Source of the DNA: Schmidtea polychroa
Lineage: Eukaryota
Length of the DNA: 64,000 nt
Assembly: GCA_044892525.1 (NCBI GenBank)
Contig: CM097885.1
Location: forward strand, 190,216,001-190,280,000
Direction: 5' to 3'
Part shown: positions 24,848 through 33,905 of the stretch, in pieces
Numbering within the stretch: position 1 is the first letter of the stretch
Layout of the letters: every line of letters begins with the position of its first letter
Notes under the pieces: model-generated
What the model saw: only the letters and a program-made list of their open reading frames with translations
The model's database searches: none
What the model was told of the DNA's origin: nothing
Position numbers and translations under genes: made by a program

Positions 24848-26374
24848 ATGGAAAAAATGAAGCAGGTCGATACCACTCGATATGTAATAAAAATCGGAAC
24901 GAGTAGAGGACTTGAAAGAATGTGGATTAAAAATACAGTCACTGACGAACTTTTCGATTGGATACGAGAACATTTGGGAAGTTCGAGAAAGAAAGAATAT
25001 CTGTATCAATACCAAGGAGAACAGATCAAACCAGATATGCACTTAGTGGATGCACTAATATGGCCAGGAGAAACGCAAATACTGAAGTTGCACAAAGAAA
25101 AACAACCAGCTAACCTGTACGATTGGGCTAAAGATGCCAAGGCGGAATATGATTTTAATATCAAATTGAAATTAGAACAAATAAAGCAATGTACTCTGAG
25201 ACGAAACCTGGACAAGCTGATCAAACAAATTCAAGAACAAGTGGAAGATAACTGGGATTTACTCATCACCAGACGAGCCCCAGCCATGTACGAACTAATG
25301 AGCCGGTTGCAAGATACAGAATTGCTCCGAATGAGTGATTGGAGAACCATAAATTTGATCCACAAATATGGAAGGTTAAAGGAAACCCAGCCGCAGAGGT
25401 TGGAAATAACCATATGGTTACCGAACGAAGAGAAACGACGAATAAAAATGAGCAATCAGAGTACAGTGGATGATTTGGTATCAAAGATAAACCAAGAGAT
25501 AACGGAAAAGGTACGTAGCGAAAGTAGTGACGGTATGGTGGATGATGTAGTCATGATGTACGACAAAATAATATTACGAGCGGAAGACGACACCTCGTTG
25601 AGCGAAATGGGTATGTGGGACGATCATCAGATAATCAGGATAGTACCAATGGATGAATTTCGAACAAGAGATGTAACGTATCAAAAAGAAATACGAGACC
25701 GGATGAAAGCGTTATATCAAAAATCTACAGAAATAATTGAAATTCACCAACGATGGTTAAAAGAAAAGGAACTACAAGGAAAAATCACGAAACTAAGCAC
25801 CAGATCCTGCAGACGAACCCCATGGGAAAGAGTGTGGAATACAGAAAATAAGGAATGGGAAATCCGGAAAGGAATCTTCGTAGAAACAGACATTGGTGAG
25901 ACAGAAAGTGAATCGGAGGAAGAAGAAAAGGAACCTCCAGAATATGAAGAGGAAGCAAGGGGACAGACATCAGATGACGAAAGCGAGACGGACGTCACGT
26001 CAGAAAGCGAAAATGAAGCAAGACATATTCATGCAATGCGGAAAAAGGAACGTGAATATGCCGATATGGACGGCGAGGAAGCGACAGAAGCAAGAGAACG
26101 AGAAGAGAAAGAAAGATATAAACAATTAGGCGATATTTTAGCAATAGGAGCGAAAAATCAAAAACGCCAGGTAGTAGCGCTGGCTAATATCATCTTAAAG
26201 ACATCAGAGAACATCCACAATCTGAGAGGAATGGCAAAGGCAATAGAGGAATACCGGCAATATAATGAATATTCAGAACAGTTAGGAAATGGAGAAATCA
26301 GGAATGGGCACAAGACACCCAGGAGAGGTATCACATCCGAATCAAGTATCCGGACAAGAGCATTGAAGAACTAG
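24848..26374 (+). CDS. ORF2: two ubiquitin-like domains and an acidic region, in frame with Gag after a single TAA
   Basis: UBL-like segments RYVIKIG..QGEQIKPDMHL..ILKL (24878-25096) and RLEITIWLPNEEKRRIKMSNQSTVDDL..DDTSLSEMGM..IIRIV (25397-25648). Confidence 0.7.
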   Translation: MEKMKQVDTTRYVIKIGTSRGLERMWIKNTVTDELFDWIREHLGSSRKKEYLYQYQGEQIKPDMHLVDALIWPGETQILKLHKEKQPANLYDWAKDAKAEYDFNIKLKLEQIKQCTLRRNLDKLIKQIQEQVEDNWDLLITRRAPAMYELMSRLQDTELLRMSDWRTINLIHKYGRLKETQPQRLEITIWLPNEEKRRIKMSNQSTVDDLVSKINQEITEKVRSESSDGMVDDVVMMYDKIILRAEDDTSLSEMGMWDDHQIIRIVPMDEFRTRDVTYQKEIRDRMKALYQKSTEIIEIHQRWLKEKELQGKITKLSTRSCRRTPWERVWNTENKEWEIRKGIFVETDIGETESESEEEEKEPPEYEEEARGQTSDDESETDVTSESENEARHIHAMRKKEREYADMDGEEATEAREREEKERYKQLGDILAIGAKNQKRQVVALANIILKTSENIHNLRGMAKAIEEYRQYNEYSEQLGNGEIRNGHKTPRRGITSESSIRTRALKN

Positions 26375-29300
26375 AAGTGCATCCAACAACGAAAATTAGG
26401 GAATTAAAAAAGAAATTAGCATATGAAACCCCATTCCATCTGCAACTATTCGGAAAATCACTAGACGATAATGTAGACGTCGGAATAACACCCATGAGAT
26501 TAGAAGAGACTAATGTGTTAACAATGGCGGAAACGTTGGGAAAACCGTTGAAAAGGAAAAGCAAAATTAATAAACCAACAAAAGGTAGTTTGAGTACTCC
26601 AATTCCAAACAAAGCCCCAAGTAAATCTAATGAAACTGAAGAAGTTGAAGAGATTATCCTAGAAGATAGTTACGATGAACCAGGAGAAAGATCACCACTA
26701 TTAGTGAGATGGCCAACAGGAGCCGAAATATGGACCAACAACCAACCATCAACAAGTTATCAACAACCAACGAAACTGAACATCAAGGAAATCATCGACA
26801 ATACTACGGAAACCGAAACGGATGAACAATTCCAGAAGCAAAGAGAACCAACAAAAATAACACCGGAAGGTCAAACCGATAAAATAATAGATGAGTGGAA
26901 TGAGTGGCTGAGAAATAACGATAGTTCATTACCCAGAACGGATAACGAAAGAAATCCGCAATATGAAAATACCAGAGAAGCTGGAACGATGATGGAAAAA
27001 CGGGCAAAAGGAAGACCTAAGAAACAAGGAGAGAAATCTGAGTTCAAAACCAAGGAACAAGTAAAACAAGAACAAGGACAAGTTCGATTGGAAAAGTTAG
27101 ATAAAATAGTATGGGATCTAAAGGAAGCCCAACCAACGATCGGAAGAGGAGAAAAATGGATACGAGAATTGATCAAAGATATGTTAATAATAACAAATCC
27201 ACAACTTAGACGCTTGTGGCAACGGAAAGTAGCCAGTGTAGAAGCTAGACAATTATGGCACATCGTATCGGGGATAATCCCAAAGCTAATCAAAGAAAAA
27301 ACGAAAACTACCAAAACGGATTGGGATGAAACCAAGAGAGTGATTGAACAGCTCACGACAAATGCAAATGATGACGAACATCATCTAGTGGTAATCACTT
27401 ATTTGATGTATAATTTGATGGGACTAGCTGCGAGAAAAATACCAAATAAACAGTTTGCAAATCACGTGGAAATGACTGCTTCAGTCATTGAAAACACTAT
27501 TGAACCACATATTATTCGTGCCGGAGGATGGAAAAGACTTATACAAGCGCCACGAAAAAATGAGCAAGGAAGGTCGATGCAAGTTAGATTGAAAAAGCTG
27601 TTAAATGAAATAGAATGGGAACTACCGGTGAAAGACCCAGCAAGCAGAAAAGCATCAATAAATTCGTTAATGATGACTATGATGATATGGATGTTGTGCA
27701 CAAGTGGAGCAACGGGTTTTACCATCTACGATTGTGATAATATGATAATGAGAGATAAATACTCATTGAGAGATATAGAAGAATGCAGACAAGCATCACC
27801 CAACAAATTGGACATAGTAAGAACAAAAGTTACCTACCATGTATATCAAGAATCAGATTTCATCAGAACGCAAGCAAGGGAATGCGTAGTATCAAAAAAG
27901 GTACTCGCATATTACTGTGGACAATATTCGTATTCAACTCTTATACTACCCGGTCTGGATAAAGAAATCGTATCAATACAAAGAGAGGACTGTAAAGAGC
28001 TATTTAGAATCGGAGCGCTAAAAATGCATAACGGAGTGACGATACACGGACAAACTGGAATGATTAAAACCGAAAGTGTTTACGTATCCGGAAAAGTAAA
28101 GTCATCAGAAGGGTCATGTAACGGAGGTACGTATACGATCCGAGGCGAGGTAATATCGGGAGTAGTAGTAATCGAGTCCTATACGGTTGAATTAAAAGAA
28201 TATGAAGCGCAATTTGACGCAAATAATTACCAAATGAAGACCAACCCGGCATGTAGGGCTACAGAAAACGTATGCAGGACAGGAGTGTCAACTATAATCT
28301 ATGAAGCTAACACGCAAAAATGCCGACTCCAACTGTTAAAAAGTGCTTTATTCAATGAAGTAAAAGGAGAAATTTATGAGAACGAGAATGACGAGGATGG
28401 AAACGAAAGAGTGAGAATGCGAAATGGAAAACCAATGCCACCATCCCCCAGAGAAAAAAGACTCTCGACGCAGAAAACACCAACAGCATTAATAACCGAC
28501 GACCCAGATCTAGGTATGAGATTCATTAAAGAGAAAGAAACCACCAAATGCGACAGTATAGTATATAAAACCAATTACGCTGGTATCTATATGTCAAGAC
28601 AAATAATCGATAGAGCAGTGGGAAAGATAGCAGCGGAGGACGTGAAATTATACTTATATGCGAATAATAAAATGGATTTTTTATTTCATCGTGGACAAAC
28701 GACCCTACAAAAAGTATATTACGATCTGATACAAAACGATTGTTCATTGAATAAAGAAATACTGAAAATAAAGCTAGCTATTGCGATAACGCACCCGGAT
28801 AACACGATGCCATCACTCCCATTACCAGACGGACATTTTGGTAGAATGGTAGGAGAAGTGATGTACACATACCAGTGTACCAAGACGTATGCACGAATGC
28901 CAGAAAAATCCATACTACCCGAAAAGAGATGTGCAAATGAATTAGAAATCCGCTATAAAGGACAAAATCGATTCGTCCAACCCGTCACTAGAATTATGAA
29001 TCCAGTGGGTTTCTACCCAAATCTCTTTAACTGTTCTAATGCATACGGACCATTGTATGAAAGACCCGATGGAAAATGGATGATGTTACCGGGAAAAACC
29101 ATATCCGAGGAGCCCAAGAAATTTGGATTGATAGAACTCGCCACAGAGCTGGATTTCAAACCTATAGACGTGTCAAACGGTGGTATGTATTCCCCAGAAG
29201 ATTTAGAAACAGCTCGGCTTAACGTATTATTCCCAGCAAGGCGAGAATCTATTTTGTCCAATATGGTAACAATAACTGGGGGAACGAATTACCAATCAGG

Positions 29301-29961
29301 CCCAAACTATGAACTACTGCTGTCACCAGACCATTTCCAACAAGCAACCTCAAATATGATGAAAGCAATGTGGGGAAGATTCTTAGTTTTTGGACAAATG
29401 ATGGCCGGAATATTGGGGATCATACTCATAATTCAGATCGTCAGAGTAATACTAACACAAATGTTAGCCTGTTTTGATATATACAAGCGGGAAAAGAAAG
29501 TTAACTGGAAAATGATAGTAGGCTTTCTACCATTTTTAGCTAAAACCATGGTATTACATGGTCACTCAAAAGACATTCATCGGATAAAGCGATTGATCAA
29601 AATACTAACAAAGATTAAAGGAACCGACGAAGAAGTAGGCAGACGATTCCGGAAAGTAATGTACGATGAAGCAACAAGACGACAATTGAAAAAGAATAAG
29701 CCAAAATTTTTGGACCGATTCAGAAGTCAATCATCTAACAGCGATAGTGACGACGATAATAACGGGAACGATAAATGTCTATATCCAAACAGAAACCCAA
29801 ACAAAAAACCGATGGAAACAGCACCGTATTGGGAAAAGGAAAAGACAAACACCTGGATCGCCAACGGAAGCTATATACCACCGGATATCGTGGGACCACA
29901 AGCCGCTTTGACCATGACACAGAATATGTATTTGATGTTTTTTATCTTTATATTTAACTAA
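26269..29961 (+). CDS. ORF3: ubiquitin-like domain, Bcl-2-like domain, signal peptide and chuvirus-like class III fusion glycoprotein
   Basis: The frame is open from 26269. UBL at 26326-26526. BH1/BH2-like helices ending IEPHIIRAGGWKRLIQ (about 27148-27552). Hydrophobic signal ending GATG|FTIYDC (27718). Cys-rich ectodomain, REKR site, and TM segment WGRFLVFGQMMAGILGIILII from 29371. The last residues come from the flanking repeat. Confidence 0.85.
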   Translation: MFRTVRKWRNQEWAQDTQERYHIRIKYPDKSIEELEVHPTTKIRELKKKLAYETPFHLQLFGKSLDDNVDVGITPMRLEETNVLTMAETLGKPLKRKSKINKPTKGSLSTPIPNKAPSKSNETEEVEEIILEDSYDEPGERSPLLVRWPTGAEIWTNNQPSTSYQQPTKLNIKEIIDNTTETETDEQFQKQREPTKITPEGQTDKIIDEWNEWLRNNDSSLPRTDNERNPQYENTREAGTMMEKRAKGRPKKQGEKSEFKTKEQVKQEQGQVRLEKLDKIVWDLKEAQPTIGRGEKWIRELIKDMLIITNPQLRRLWQRKVASVEARQLWHIVSGIIPKLIKEKTKTTKTDWDETKRVIEQLTTNANDDEHHLVVITYLMYNLMGLAARKIPNKQFANHVEMTASVIENTIEPHIIRAGGWKRLIQAPRKNEQGRSMQVRLKKLLNEIEWELPVKDPASRKASINSLMMTMMIWMLCTSGATGFTIYDCDNMIMRDKYSLRDIEECRQASPNKLDIVRTKVTYHVYQESDFIRTQARECVVSKKVLAYYCGQYSYSTLILPGLDKEIVSIQREDCKELFRIGALKMHNGVTIHGQTGMIKTESVYVSGKVKSSEGSCNGGTYTIRGEVISGVVVIESYTVELKEYEAQFDANNYQMKTNPACRATENVCRTGVSTIIYEANTQKCRLQLLKSALFNEVKGEIYENENDEDGNERVRMRNGKPMPPSPREKRLSTQKTPTALITDDPDLGMRFIKEKETTKCDSIVYKTNYAGIYMSRQIIDRAVGKIAAEDVKLYLYANNKMDFLFHRGQTTLQKVYYDLIQNDCSLNKEILKIKLAIAITHPDNTMPSLPLPDGHFGRMVGEVMYTYQCTKTYARMPEKSILPEKRCANELEIRYKGQNRFVQPVTRIMNPVGFYPNLFNCSNAYGPLYERPDGKWMMLPGKTISEEPKKFGLIELATELDFKPIDVSNGGMYSPEDLETARLNVLFPARRESILSNMVTITGGTNYQSGPNYELLLSPDHFQQATSNMMKAMWGRFLVFGQMMAGILGIILIIQIVRVILTQMLACFDIYKREKKVNWKMIVGFLPFLAKTMVLHGHSKDIHRIKRLIKILTKIKGTDEEVGRRFRKVMYDEATRRQLKKNKPKFLDRFRSQSSNSDSDDDNNGNDKCLYPNRNPNKKPMETAPYWEKEKTNTWIANGSYIPPDIVGPQAALTMTQNMYLMFFIFIFN

Positions 29962-32034
29962 ACTTATTGCTATTATTGCGTGCTATGTACCAACACACTC
30001 TAGTCACAAAATAAAGTTTTGGGTCTAGAAATCAGTTCTAGCCCAACAAATTGAAGAATCTCTTTTGGTTCAGTTTTGGTCATTTTCTTGATGTTTGCAT
30101 TTTTCGGTCGCAATAGTATAGTTTCTGCAGAAATCTCATACCATTCGTTTGATTCCCATAATCTAGGGCTATAATATAGAACTAGCGCTAAAATTGCTAC
30201 TGTATTATTTATTTTTATTCTCTGAATTAATCTACTTCTATTTAAGCAAGGATAGGGAGTCGATTGGAAAACGATCGACTCCGAATCTCGACTCCTTTCA
30301 GTTTCATTAAGGCACTACTTGATTCCGAAAATTGTTCACTGAAAAATTTGTTAACCTTTGAAATTTGATTGTCAAAATAAGTTAATTTTTTTAGATAGTT
30401 GTTCTACGTTACGCCGATAGAAGAAGCTTCAGGATATTCAAATGTATTCATCTTATAAATAAATATATATATATATATATATTGTTGGGCTGAGTCGAAG
30501 GGTATCCAAGAAATTAGGTTAAACATAATTAAATTAAAATAAAAATAAAACAAAACAAATTTAAGAATAAAATAGAATAGGATATAAGAAAAATAAAAAA
30601 TTAGAAAATAAGAGTTAAAACAAAAAATAAGGAAAATTGAAATAGGACAATAGAATGACAAAAAAATAACGTAAAATGTAGTAAATAATAAAGAAATTAA
30701 AGAAAATAAATAAAAAACACAATAAAAATAAAGAAAATAGGAAAAAATAACTCAAAACCAAGAAAAATAAATTAAAGCAATAAAATTAAGCGGCACTCAA
30801 TTCTGATTGGTCCGCACACATCAAAAATTAATATATAAGGAAACACAAAAATTATAAACTTACAGTTAAACAACCAACTTTACAGGTAAGATAAATTTTA
30901 ACAGTAACAGTTAAACAACCAACTTTACAGGTAAACAGCAGCAACGTACGAGAATCAATCTAGAAACCAGGAGATATTGTCAAACAGTTAACAATCGACG
31001 TAAATTTCGAGTAACCATTTATTCGATTCGATACCTTCCGACTCAGCCTATAAATCTATACAAATTACTTGGTAAGGAATTTTCGATTTATGCTTTTATC
31101 TAAGTAATAGTAGTCATGTAATTTTATGAAATAATTATAATTTAAACTGAAAATAGTTTTTTCTTTTCGTTTGATTCCTAATGATAAATTTGCTAATTAG
31201 ATGATTTAGTTATTTAATAAATGAATTATTATGAACTTTTTATGATTGATTTTCATGCATTATTATTTAATGATTATAAATTTCCGAGAAACGTGGCGTT
31301 GAGAAACTCCATGTCATGGTATGAGGTGCCTTCGGGAGCTCAGCCGGTGGACATGGCGTTTTTCAATCACGCAGCTGATTCGGGCCGTAATGTGGGGGCT
31401 TCCTCACGGGTCCGTCGTTGAAGATGCGACTAAAATATGTGAACAATACTGTAGAGAGATGGTAACTATCAAGCAATGGGAAGTGTAGTCATATGAGGAA
31501 AAATCTTGTTCGAGAGTTCGCACAGTGATTGAGGGCGTCATACTATTGTCTTTGTCAAATTGAAATTGGTACTATCATCTGAAGATCTATACAGGATTTT
31601 CCGTTAAATCAGTCTGGACATCATTTGTAGCATATTATCTGCGTTCATGATTCCACTCGAAATTATTCCTGAAACCTTCAGCCTAAGGATCTTCACAACT
31701 GCTACTTTCATCATCTATATCCATCACGTGCAATCAACTTTGCTGCGTCTCTCTAAAAACCTACTTGTGGTGAATTGTGACAAACAAATAGTTCTCAAAA
31801 ATAATAAACCATAAAATAATAAGGAATCTAGTCAGGAAAAATGTATTTATAAAAACAATCAAACATGTCATTCCCTTGTATATCGAATACCAAACGTTTG
31901 TGGCAACTGATGCAAAGTTGGGATGGGAGGTAACTGATCCGACAGACCCTCCATGGGAATAAAATCCGAGTCTTAGAGATGTCATAGAGGATGATGAAAT
32001 ATCCGCATTTCGTCGAATTGTATTTCCAGCGATA
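29929..32034 (+). repeat. Direct repeat copy 2 (of 17907-20106)
   Basis: Near-identical to copy 1, 2106 bp. Confidence 0.97.
30483..31052 (+). mobile_element. About 570-bp element bounded by 19-bp inverted repeats (solo LTR or MITE), inserted next to (TA)n; duplicated at about 18574-19124
   Basis: TGTTGGGCTGAGTCGAAGGGTATC at the left and GATACCTTCCGACTCAGCC at the right. Internal ATTGG box, TATATAA, and a duplicated ACAGTTAAACAACCAACTTTACAGGTAA. Confidence 0.6.
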
Positions 32035-32315
32035 GTTAATGAATTTCCAACTCGATATAGACAGTGGGCATGTTGATGATGATAAAATCCATGAGGGGAG
32101 TAGAAATTATAGCTTGAATAGTTGACCAGTTTGTCTACGAAACGAATTACATCCAGTAATAGCGGTACGCACCATCTGCCTATGCAAAATTTCCACGAGA
32201 GATAGAAATTCAACACGGTGTAATATAACATCTGATGATTCATGCCTGCTGCCAAATAGGATAAGAGTCTCACGAAGTGAGTACCCGCACACATGTGTAA
32301 ATGCACACATTGCAA
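31761..32315 (-). CDS. Orphan ORF (184 aa), His/Tyr-rich with a hydrophobic C-terminus
   Basis: Open frame that crosses the right end of repeat copy 2 and is truncated in copy 1. No family recognised. Confidence 0.35.
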   Translation of the reverse strand: MQCVHLHMCAGTHFVRLLSYLAAGMNHQMLYYTVLNFYLSWKFCIGRWCVPLLLDVIRFVDKLVNYSSYNFYSPHGFYHHQHAHCLYRVGNSLTIAGNTIRRNADISSSSMTSLRLGFYSHGGSVGSVTSHPNFASVATNVWYSIYKGMTCLIVFINTFFLTRFLIILWFIIFENYLFVTIHHK

Positions 32316-33133
32316 GTTCTAATAGCCAAAGTCCACATGCTGGTGCTCACCAATAATAACACGGATATCACTAGCCATAATTCTACGAGTCTATCTTCCA
32401 GGTGATACGTTCCTTGAGATCGCATCGTCATCTAACCCGATAGTAGATAATTCACCGCGAACGGCTAACTTGAGAAAAGTCCACCGGGTGTGTCAGATAA
32501 AAATCTCGGCTATTTACCGAAAGCACTAGACATGAGTGATGATAACACGAGTCACCAACAACTCAATAATTAATTTTAAAATAGTAACTAAATGTGAGAT
32601 TTGAAAACAAAATTATAATAAATTATAGACAATATAATCGAAAGCCTAAATAAAATACAAACAAAATGCAATTCAATTAATCCAAGTCTATTACTGGGAC
32701 TGCAAAAATTTAGTATTTTTACTTAATGATGAATTAAAACCAACTTATCTAATTATCTATAAAATCATTATAATGATTAGCTAAATTTTCACTTAGTAAT
32801 TATTTAGTTCGGGTTGAATTTTCAATGCTATTTACCCTCTTCAAGAAACATTTCCGTCATCAATAATCCCTCTTAAACATGTAATTTTCATTTTCTTTAA
32901 TAATGATGGACAATCTTCGTTAAGTAAAGCCTAATGTTTTCAGTTGATTTTCTAGTGGATAAATACCCAGAGTACGCATAGGTTGATGGCATCGGAAATC
33001 CCTCTTGATAAAAATCCGTTTTCCTTTTCCTGTAAAAATGTCTTATATTGATTAACGAATGGTGGCGAAAAATGATGATTTTCTAAATTTGATCTATCCC
33101 ATTTAGTGTTATTATTCTTCTTAGCTAGCAGAC

Positions 33134-33905
33134 ATGTTACCCACTGCAAAGACCGTCCTCAGACCCTGTTTTTCTTGTTCCGACAAGAACGCGATAATCA
33201 AGGACCTGCAGACCCAGATCGGACGGTACAAAAAGAAGATAGACGAGTTAGAGGGGACATGGTTTAGTCCCGCCCAGATGAAAGAGACCCAAAAGAAATT
33301 ACACCGAAGTGAACATTGCCGGGACGCTCTAATCTCCGAGAGTCGTGCCCAAAGAAGTTTGATCAAGGAGCAGTCCGAGGCGCTGCATAAAGTGTACATC
33401 CAGGCCGCGGCAACTAGAAAGAGAGTGAAAATTCCCATCGGTGAAGCCGACAATCTCTTTCCGGCCCACCATGATACTTCTGCCAAATCGTCGCTCCCTT
33501 CGAAAAAACCTTGCCGGCCGTGCGTAGAAACACAACTCTCGCCAGGGCAACTAGAGGTGGTTTTTGTTGGAAATAGTCGGGTACTGCCTAACGTCGCCTC
33601 TACATCGGCGGTAGCCCCAAACAATTCATCGACCAACAAGCCAAAGCGTCGGCAGCTATCAAGGGCTGAACGGAAAAGGAAACAGCGTGAGCGAATAGCT
33701 GCGAAGCAGCCCAAGCAACTGCCGGACCTCGAGAGTAATGTCAATAACGTCCCTGCTGTAATTGACCTAACAACAAGGCCACTGGGGCGGATCATATCTG
33801 CCACTGGGGCGGATCATATCTGCCGCTGGGGTGACGTGGGAGGAAAACGCCTCCGAATTCTTCGATTTGGATGAGTTACTCGCCGACTCCGAGTGGGAAA
33901 AATGA
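33134..33905 (+). CDS. Orphan nuclear-like protein (CxxC, coiled coil, basic NLS-like stretch, VIDLT, acidic tail), frameshifted by a 22-bp duplication
   Basis: GC-rich 246-codon ORF. Removing one CCACTGGGGCGGATCATATCTG copy (33779-33800 / 33801-33822) gives the ending AAGVTWEENASEFFDLDELLADSEWEK* at 33905. Confidence 0.55.

Noticed and set aside
26269-26374. Programmed -1 ribosomal frameshift
   Set aside because: No X XXY YYZ slippery heptamer or obvious downstream structure in the overlap. A single-base loss explains it.
22705-29920. Many minus-strand ORFs over gag, ORF2 and env
   Set aside because: These are shadow frames of an A-rich coding strand, giving F/S/L-rich low-complexity translations.
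17907-32034. The 2.1-kb direct repeats as the LTR pair of the Gag-Env element
   Set aside because: No TG..CA ends, PPT or convincing PBS. The repeats cut through a Gypsy ORF, a hAT end and another ORF, so they are duplicated target DNA.
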